A stretch of DNA of 25,625 nt from Candidatus Nanohaloarchaea archaeon (GTDB taxonomy: Archaea; Nanohalarchaeota; Nanosalinia; Nanosalinales; Nanosalinaceae). Within the stretch, counting starts at the first letter, position 1, and the number at the start of each line of letters is the position of its first letter. The notes beneath the pieces were generated by a model that saw only the letters and a list, made by a program, of their open reading frames with translations, did no database searches and was not told the origin of the DNA. Location: assembly GCA_042217585.1 (NCBI GenBank), contig JBDGSJ010000017.1, positions 1 through 25,625 on the forward strand, in the 5' to 3' direction. Below are positions 7,933 to 14,436 of this stretch, one piece after another. The position numbers and the translations under genes are program-made.

Positions 7933-9507
7933 ATGGGCAGTTCGATAGCGTACTTCTCGATGGAGATAGGGATAAAACCCGGGATCAAGACGTACAGCGG
8001 AGGTCTCGGGGTCCTCGCCGGCGACACCCTGAAGGCGGCCGCGGACCACGGACTGGATTTCACCGGGGTGACGCTGCTCTACCGGCGTGGATACATCAGG
8101 CAGGAGCTGGAGAACGGAAGACAGGTCTCCGGCCCGCAGGACTGGGATTACAGCGAGATGCTGGAGGACACGGGTGAGACCATCAGCCTGGAGCTGAGAG
8201 GTCGCAGCGTCGATGTGAAGATATGGAGGTACGTCTACGAGGGGGAGAAAGGTGACACGGAGATACTGTTTCTGGATACCGGCCCGGAATCCAACGCGGA
8301 GGAGGACCGCGAACTCACGTCCCAGCTTTACGTGGGCGACAGGGAGACCCGGTTCTGCCAGGAGGCCCTGCTGGGTATAGGCGGGGTCAGGGCGCTGGAG
8401 AGATTGGGCGTGGAGACGGATTACTACCACATGAACGAGGGCCATTCCTCGCTCCTGACGCTTGAAGCCGACGGCAACATGGTCTTCACCACCCATACAC
8501 CGGTCCCGGCCGGTCACGACACCTTCTCGCCCGAGACGGTCAGGGAGGTCCTCCCGGAGATCTACACGTCAGAGCTGGACACCTCCTCGGACCTGAACAT
8601 GACAGAGCTCGCGCTGGAGCACTCGAGCTACGTGAACGCGGTATCGGACCGCCACGAGGAGGTCATGGAGGAGATGTTCCCGGACTACGACTTCGACGCG
8701 GTGACCAACGGGGTCCACTCCGCGAGCTGGACCTCCCCCGAGTTCAGGGAGCTCTACGACCGGTACATCAACAAGTGGAGGATAGACCCTTCGAGGCTGA
8801 GAAGGGTGGCCTGTGTTCCGGACGGGGAGCTGTGGGAGACCAAGAAACAGGCGAAGCAGGAGCTGCTGGACCGCATAGGCGTCGACGGCGAGGAGAAGTT
8901 CACTGTGGGGTTCGCCCGGCGCAGCACCGGCTACAAGAGGCCCACGCTGATATTCAGCGACGTCCAGAAGCTGGAATCGATCGCCAAGGACCACGGCGGA
9001 CTACGGCTCATATTCGCCGGGAAGGCTCATCCCGACGACTCCCAAGGCAAGGACCTGATAGAGCAGATAAACCGTTACTCGGAGATGCTGGAGAACGTGG
9101 AGGTCCATTTCGTCGAGGACTACGACATGGAGGACGCGCTCTACATGGTCTCCGGAGCGGACCTCTGGCTGAACAATCCGCGGAGAGGGAAGGAGGCGTC
9201 CGGCACCTCGGGCATGAAGGCGGCCCACAACGGCACACCACAGCTCTCTACGCCGGACGGCTGGTGGCTTGAAGGCGAGATAGAGGGCGTCACCGGATGG
9301 ACCATCGGCGAGAACTACGTGGAGGGTGAGGACGAGGACCAGATCGACAGCGAATCCCTTTACAGGAAGCTGGAGAGGATACTCTCGCTCTACCAGAACG
9401 AGAGGAAGAAGTGGCTGGACGTCATGAAGAGCTGTATCGAGCTGAACGCCGCGCATTTCAACACTGACAGGATGCTGAAGGAGTACCTCGCAAGAGCGTA
9501 CCAGTGA
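7933..9507 (+). CDS. glgP: Alpha-glucan (glycogen/maltodextrin) phosphorylase, compact archaeal form
   Basis: YFSMEIG, YSGGLGVLAGD, HMNEGH, FTTHTPVPAGHD, FARR..YKR, AGKAHP and the PLP site EASGTSGMKAAHNG. Confidence 0.95.
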   Translation: MGSSIAYFSMEIGIKPGIKTYSGGLGVLAGDTLKAAADHGLDFTGVTLLYRRGYIRQELENGRQVSGPQDWDYSEMLEDTGETISLELRGRSVDVKIWRYVYEGEKGDTEILFLDTGPESNAEEDRELTSQLYVGDRETRFCQEALLGIGGVRALERLGVETDYYHMNEGHSSLLTLEADGNMVFTTHTPVPAGHDTFSPETVREVLPEIYTSELDTSSDLNMTELALEHSSYVNAVSDRHEEVMEEMFPDYDFDAVTNGVHSASWTSPEFRELYDRYINKWRIDPSRLRRVACVPDGELWETKKQAKQELLDRIGVDGEEKFTVGFARRSTGYKRPTLIFSDVQKLESIAKDHGGLRLIFAGKAHPDDSQGKDLIEQINRYSEMLENVEVHFVEDYDMEDALYMVSGADLWLNNPRRGKEASGTSGMKAAHNGTPQLSTPDGWWLEGEIEGVTGWTIGENYVEGEDEDQIDSESLYRKLERILSLYQNERKKWLDVMKSCIELNAAHFNTDRMLKEYLARAYQ

Positions 9508-9594
9508 AGAACCTCAGGAACCAGGTCGCCCGGAAAAAACCGGTTGCTGGCCCCTCTCCCTGGTTTTTTAATCCCTGTTCGACAATGTTCGGAC

Positions 9595-9921
9595 ATGATC
9601 AACCTGAGCGTGATCTTCTCCGGCCTCGGGCTGCTCATACTGATAGTCGGTCTCTACGAGGCAGTGAAACTCAGGAGGAGCCTGGGCAACCTGAAGAAGA
9701 CGCTCAGGCCGCTGGGGTCCATCTCGATCGGGAAGGCCTGGACCGTGCTCATCGCCCTGATAATCCTTTTCATCGGCGGATACACCGCGTTCATCGCCAC
9801 CATCCTGACCCCGAAGATGCCGATCAAGCCCGAACTCCTGACCGCGCTCGTGTTCTTCTTCGGCGCGATATTCGTGTTCACGGCGGCGTACAGCAACAGG
9901 AAGGCGTTCTCCTCGTTCTGA
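9595..9921 (+). CDS. Small hypothetical membrane protein with 3 TM helices (108 aa)
   Basis: ATG at 9595 about 25 bp after TTTTTAAT; three hydrophobic helices. Confidence 0.75.
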   Translation: MINLSVIFSGLGLLILIVGLYEAVKLRRSLGNLKKTLRPLGSISIGKAWTVLIALIILFIGGYTAFIATILTPKMPIKPELLTALVFFFGAIFVFTAAYSNRKAFSSF

Positions 9922-9939
9922 AATAAGGGGAGGAAGATT

Positions 9940-10773
9940 TTAGAGAGCCCGCGGGTTCAGGAGGTATGTCTCGGGCTCGTCTTCTCCCATGAGGGAGACC
10001 TGGAGGGCCTCCAGAGGTCTTTCCGTGACGTTCGCGGGATGTCTCTGGTTCCAGTTTCTCTCGTTCAGATCCCCGTCCCGGAGGAACCTGACAGCCTCTT
10101 CCTTCATCTTCTCCCCTTCATCGATACTGTAGACTTCTCCGTTGCCGACCTTCAGCGGATCGAACTCCTCCGGCTCGTCGCTCAGGTAGAGTTCTCCTCC
10201 CTTCATCTCCCGGGCGGAGTAAGCATCCACTTCTCCTGCCACGAAAAGCCTTCCGCCTTCTTCAAGCATGAACCCGGCTCCGGGGGCTTCGCCGTTCACG
10301 AGGATGTCCTTGTCGGTGAAAAAGCCGATGTTCCTTATGTCGGTATCGGGGACGGCGAACTGCTCGGCCTCCGACCTGTCGATCAGGGCGTTGACAAAGA
10401 AGGTGTCGCCACGATCCCACGACTCCTTCTCGTCTATCCTGCCCGCGGCCCTGTAAATAGCCTGTGGAGATACGTCTCCGACCATCTCATCTACCAGGTC
10501 CTCCGCCCAGTAGTTCTCAGTGAACCCTGAGTCATCCCACTTCACGTGGTCCGACTTTATCTCGTCTCGGCCGGTCATCTCACGGTAATCTTCCTCCAGC
10601 CTGGTCTTCTCACCGCCGTCCAGCTGACCATATCTTCCCAGCCTCTGGGATATCTCGTATGCATCCATCACCTCCTCGACCTCCCTCTCCACGTCCATCT
10701 CATAGGACTCGAGGTTCTCTTCAACGGTTTCATCCTCAAGGAGACCGCCGGAAAGCTCGTTTTCGATCTTCAT
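9940..10773 (-). CDS. Acidic hypothetical protein with a short GltB/FwdC C-terminal-like beta-helix segment
   Basis: ATG at 10773 with TATTTAAAT about 25 bp upstream; ILVNGEAPGAGFMLEEGGRLFVAGEVDAYSAREMKGGELYL resembles GXGXG repeats. Confidence 0.65.
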   Translation of the reverse strand: MKIENELSGGLLEDETVEENLESYEMDVEREVEEVMDAYEISQRLGRYGQLDGGEKTRLEEDYREMTGRDEIKSDHVKWDDSGFTENYWAEDLVDEMVGDVSPQAIYRAAGRIDEKESWDRGDTFFVNALIDRSEAEQFAVPDTDIRNIGFFTDKDILVNGEAPGAGFMLEEGGRLFVAGEVDAYSAREMKGGELYLSDEPEEFDPLKVGNGEVYSIDEGEKMKEEAVRFLRDGDLNERNWNQRHPANVTERPLEALQVSLMGEDEPETYLLNPRAL

Positions 10774-10887
10774 ATCCCTGTTAAGGAACCCGACATTTAA
10801 ATATGTTGTCATTGTTCGACAACAACTCTCGGAGGAGTAGTCCTGGACCCGGTCGGAACATCCAGAGCACTCTCCCGGAGAAGGTCT

Positions 10888-11068
10888 GAGAGAAATATGC
10901 GGAGGGCGAGGATTCAAACCCTAAGCGACGGTTTCCGGGATCAAATTCCGCCGAGAGAAAACGTGTTTGCGAGGGCAAGGATTCGAATTCTAAAACAGGT
11001 TTTCTGCGTTCGAATCCAGAGTAAAGCAAATTCAAGAGAAAAATTTGCGAGGGCGAGGATTCGAACCC
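10888..11068 (-). repeat. Two degenerate direct repeats of the tRNA-Leu 3' end and its U-rich trailer
   Basis: 10966-10987 matches 11044-11065 at 21/22 nt; 10902-10921 matches 11049-11068 at 19/20 nt. Each copy is preceded on the plus strand by AGAGAAA. Confidence 0.85.
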
Positions 11069-11128
11069 CGGAACCTCTACAGGACAGCGCCCTCAACGCT
11101 GCGCCTTTGACCACTTGGCTACCCTCGC
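11046..11128 (-). tRNA. tRNA-Leu(GAG), no encoded CCA, no intron
   Basis: Acceptor stem GCGAGGG/CCCTCGC-A, anticodon arm CAGCG-TTGAGGG-CGCTG, long variable arm, T arm CGGGG-TTCGAAT-CCTCG. Confidence 0.96.
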
Positions 11129-11295
11129 TTATGTTTGCCGGTATGTTTTAGGAGGGCCGGCGGGCCACAGCGGGCACTACCCTCGCAAAGTGGAGGAGAT
11201 TGGGTGAGCGGTTGGAGGAGTTCTCCCGGTTTGACCCGGGAGACGGGACCACTCTAAGAATGTTGTTCAAAGCCTATTTTTTTAACTGGTTTGTG

Positions 11296-11880
11296 TCAGT
11301 CGTCGCCGACCTTCTTCCGGCAGTAGGGGCAGACGTTCCACTCGGGGTCAAGAAGCTTGCTGCAGTTGTCGCACCGGTCCCGCATCCTGTGACCGCATTC
11401 GGGACACGCCATCCATTCGTCCTCGATGTCGTGACCGCAGTTCGGACAGCTGGAAAGGGACTGCTTTCCGGCACTCCTCATCCTGTTGACCAGCTCCTGG
11501 ACCTCCTTCGGGTTCTCGATGTTGGAGAAACCCATCTCGTCCCCGGAGCTTCCTGCGGTGCTTATGGAGACCTCCCCATAGCCGAAGTAGTTGCCGAAGA
11601 CGCCCTGAGAGAAGGATATGTCCTGGATCTTGTCGAAGCCGATGTTCTGGACCCTGCGGGACAGCACGCCGGTCTTCTCGTAGAGACCCTTGTTGGTGAC
11701 GACGTAGTCAGTGTTCTTGATGTTCAGGTATGCCCCGGCGATTATCAGCAGGCCGACCCCGAAAACCGGTATCATCGGGATGCCGAACAGTATCGCAGGT
11801 ATTATGCTGTGTATCCGTGGTTCGCCGGACCACTCTATCTCCTCTCCCCTGTCCAGGGAGAGCCAGTCGTACTCCGTCAT
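11296..11880 (-). CDS. Membrane protein with bacterial-type PH domain and C-terminal double zinc ribbon
   Basis: TM hairpin, then YVVTNKGL..KTGVLSR....I...KIQDI....G...FGYG.V.I.TAG, then CPNC/CPEC/CDNC/CPYC. Start moved to the ATG at 11880. Confidence 0.88.
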   Translation of the reverse strand: MTEYDWLSLDRGEEIEWSGEPRIHSIIPAILFGIPMIPVFGVGLLIIAGAYLNIKNTDYVVTNKGLYEKTGVLSRRVQNIGFDKIQDISFSQGVFGNYFGYGEVSISTAGSSGDEMGFSNIENPKEVQELVNRMRSAGKQSLSSCPNCGHDIEDEWMACPECGHRMRDRCDNCSKLLDPEWNVCPYCRKKVGDD

Positions 11881-11903
11881 GGTGAAAGAAGCGGTCCTCT
11901 CAC

Positions 11904-12572
11904 TCAAAAGTATTTCCCGTCCTCGCCGAGGACGCATGAGCCTTTTACCACGCCCTCTCCGGCCAGGTAGTCATCGGTCATCTCCCTCGCCTCCTCCGAT
12001 ATGAAGCCCGGTCCTGCCCCTGAAGGATCTATGCGGTCCGTCAGTCTGTCGTAGAGGCCTTCCACGGTATCGACCGCGTCGTAGAACTCCTCTGGCTCTA
12101 TCCCATCCTCCTCGAGCATCCCGTCGATCTCGGGCTCCTCCTCGTACCAGCACGCCCTCAGGACCACGGAATCCTTTCTCAGGCTGGCGGAGAGCCCGAC
12201 GAGCTGTTCTCCGGTCTCCCTGCTGTACACGTCGCCCCCGGACATGTAGGCTTCGTGGCCGAGGTCCTCCAGCTCCTCAACGATCGCGGCGGACCACGCC
12301 TCCATGTATCCTTTCCCTGCCTTCGAGCCGTCGTTCGGGGCCGCGACCATCGCGCATTTCGTGTCGTCGTGATACCACGATAGTCCGCCGTCGCGCCTCC
12401 TGTTCTCGGGGAACTTCGGCCCTGTCATCACCTCTCTCCTGCCGCGGACCACGTTTTTCTCCTCCTCGTGGTCCAGGAAAAGCCTTGTTAGTCCGTCTTC
12501 TCCCCTGATGTGGGCTTCTTCGACGAGTTCTGGTATCTCCTCCGGTTCCTGCACCTTTCTCTCGTAGTCCAT
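11904..12572 (-). CDS. Divergent lipoate-protein-ligase (BPL/LplA/LipB) fold protein lacking the catalytic lysine
   Basis: Aligns by eye with the neighbouring LplA: RRRDGGLSWYHD, IVEELEDLGHEA, GDVY...GEQLVGLSA. ATG at 12572 lies 4 bp after the lplA stop. Confidence 0.7.
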   Translation of the reverse strand: MDYERKVQEPEEIPELVEEAHIRGEDGLTRLFLDHEEEKNVVRGRREVMTGPKFPENRRRDGGLSWYHDDTKCAMVAAPNDGSKAGKGYMEAWSAAIVEELEDLGHEAYMSGGDVYSRETGEQLVGLSASLRKDSVVLRACWYEEEPEIDGMLEEDGIEPEEFYDAVDTVEGLYDRLTDRIDPSGAGPGFISEEAREMTDDYLAGEGVVKGSCVLGEDGKYF

Positions 12573-12576
12573 CCTT

Positions 12577-13317
12577 TCACTCCTGGTATATCCATTCGTC
12601 GGTCCTGTACTTCTCAGCGAGCTCCTCCGCCCTTGACCTCTCCTGATCCGTAAGCCGGTCTTCCTCATATTCCCTGCCGTCCAGAAGCCCTTTCCGGACC
12701 GCCTCCACGGCTTCCTCGAAGGATGCGTCGGATTCCTTCCGGACCGATGTGACTCGCTCTCTGAAATCCCTGATCTCCTTGTCCTCTATCTTTTCCTCCC
12801 CGGGCGTCAGGACCTGGAACATCTCCTCGGGATCCACGTCGTAAAGCAGCGTTCCGCCGATGTATATGACTCCTCTCTCCTTTTTTGCGGTCGCGCCCGA
12901 TATCTTGCCGTTCCCGGTTACGACGTCATTGACGGGTTCGTGTTCCGCTCCGATACCGATTTCCTCGAGTCCGGACGCTATCCTGCCGCATACCCGGCGG
13001 TAGACCTCGTCAAGGTCGTCCGGGTAGAACGACTCCGGCGCGACTATACCCCATGTTATCTCTCCGTCGGACCTCAGGTATGTGGTGCCGCCTCCTCCCT
13101 GCCGCCTCACCACAGCTATATCTCTTTCCTCCACCTCCTCAGTGTCGACCTGCTCCTCTACCTGCTGTGAATAACCTACGTTCACGGTGTCCTGGTCCCA
13201 GCCCGCGAGGAACACGACTGGACGGGGGTTCTCCCTCAGGGACTCCATGAGCGCCCTGTTGAGTCCTGTCTTGAAGTACGGGTCGTACTTCCGGAACGGT
13301 ATTACTCTCCAGCTCAT
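12577..13317 (-). CDS. lplA: Lipoate-protein ligase A family protein, catalytic domain only (LplA-N/LipM-like)
   Basis: VGYSQ, VVRRQGGGGTTY, NDVVTGNGKISG, GGTLLYD. Confidence 0.9.
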   Translation of the reverse strand: MSWRVIPFRKYDPYFKTGLNRALMESLRENPRPVVFLAGWDQDTVNVGYSQQVEEQVDTEEVEERDIAVVRRQGGGGTTYLRSDGEITWGIVAPESFYPDDLDEVYRRVCGRIASGLEEIGIGAEHEPVNDVVTGNGKISGATAKKERGVIYIGGTLLYDVDPEEMFQVLTPGEEKIEDKEIRDFRERVTSVRKESDASFEEAVEAVRKGLLDGREYEEDRLTDQERSRAEELAEKYRTDEWIYQE

Positions 13318-13356
13318 CTGGTACCTTTTTATCCGTCAGAGTTAACCCTGTTTTCC
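13318..13356. promoter_or_regulatory. 39-bp overlapping divergent promoter region between two lplA genes
   Basis: TTTTTAT (about 13327-13333) precedes the ATG at 13357; GTTAAC (13341-13346) precedes the ATG at 13317 on the minus strand. Confidence 0.5.
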
Positions 13357-14373
13357 ATGAAGGGCGAGGCCTCACTGAAGGTGGAGAACGGCAAGCTTGT
13401 CAAACTTGAAGCGGAGCACGACGGAGAAAAGGTCCGGGAAGTGGATATAACCGGCGATTTCTTCATACAGCCACCGGGAGGCCTGGAAGAGCTGGAGAAG
13501 GCTCTTGAAGACCTGGAGCTGGACGTCCACCGGGACGAGGTCCAGAGACTGGCGGAGAACGTGGACGCCGAGCTGATAGGTTTCTCCCCGGAGCACGTGG
13601 CCGAGATATTCGAGGAGGCAGTCGCGCCGGAGTGGAGGATAATCAACGAAGGAAAGTATTCGGAGGCGATGCACCACGCGATAGATGAGGTCCTTACAGA
13701 GAGGATGAACGAGGGCGATATGAGGCCGACGCTCAGGTTCTGGTACCGGGAGAACCCGTCGGTCCCGATTGGGCGTTTCCAGTCATACAGCGATGAGGTC
13801 CAGGAGGACTACATCGAGGACCACGATGTGGAGGTCGTGAGAAGGATAACCGGCGGAGGTGCGATGTACACCGAGCCCGGAGACGTGATAACGTATTCGA
13901 TCTATATACCTGCCGATCGGGTCCCGGACGACACGCAGGAGGCCTACGAGGAGCTGGACCGTTTCGCCGTAGAGACGCTTAACGAGCTCGGTCTCGATGT
14001 GGAGTACCAGCCGCTGAACGACATCGAGCACGAGGACGGGAAGGTCGGCGGAGCCGCCCAGCTCAAGAAGCAGGACGCGGTCCTCCACCACACGACGATG
14101 AGCTACGACCTGAACACGAAGAACATGCTGAAGGCCCTCAGGATCGGGAAGGAGAAGGTCTCCGACAAGGCGATCCAGTCCGCGGAGAAAAGGGTCGCGG
14201 TCATGAGCGACTACATCGACGAGCCCCGGGAGAAGGTCATCGAGGCCATGATCCAGAAGTTCAGGGAGAAGCACGGCGGCGAGGAAGGTTCGCTGACCGG
14301 GGAAGAGCTGGACCGGGCGAGAGAGCTCGCGGACCAGAAGTTCAGCACCGAGGAGTGGAACCGGAAGATGTGA
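13357..14373 (+). CDS. lplA: Circularly permuted lipoate-protein ligase (LplB accessory domain fused N-terminal to LplA)
   Basis: N-terminal KVENGKLV...ITGDFFIQP accessory domain, then IGRFQS, VVRRITGGGAMY, NDI....GKVGGAAQ, VLHHTTMSYD. Confidence 0.92.
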   Translation: MKGEASLKVENGKLVKLEAEHDGEKVREVDITGDFFIQPPGGLEELEKALEDLELDVHRDEVQRLAENVDAELIGFSPEHVAEIFEEAVAPEWRIINEGKYSEAMHHAIDEVLTERMNEGDMRPTLRFWYRENPSVPIGRFQSYSDEVQEDYIEDHDVEVVRRITGGGAMYTEPGDVITYSIYIPADRVPDDTQEAYEELDRFAVETLNELGLDVEYQPLNDIEHEDGKVGGAAQLKKQDAVLHHTTMSYDLNTKNMLKALRIGKEKVSDKAIQSAEKRVAVMSDYIDEPREKVIEAMIQKFREKHGGEEGSLTGEELDRARELADQKFSTEEWNRKM

Positions 14374-14436
14374 CCCGGTGAAAGGTTAAATCCCTGGTCC
14401 TCCAATCTTCAACAGGCGTAAGCCGGTGCGGAAAGA

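Noticed and set aside
7933..9507. glgP as a truncated pseudogene (524 aa vs about 800 aa in many bacteria)
   Set aside because: All catalytic and PLP motifs are intact, and compact archaeal phosphorylases of this size are known.
10888..11068. CRISPR-like repeat/spacer appearance
   Set aside because: The repeats are tRNA-derived, degenerate and unevenly spaced, and no cas genes are present.
11148..11260. GGCGGGCCACAGCGG resembles the 5' end of haloarchaeal 5S rRNA
   Set aside because: No CCGAAC loop or other 5S features follow, and stem wobble pairs favour the opposite strand.
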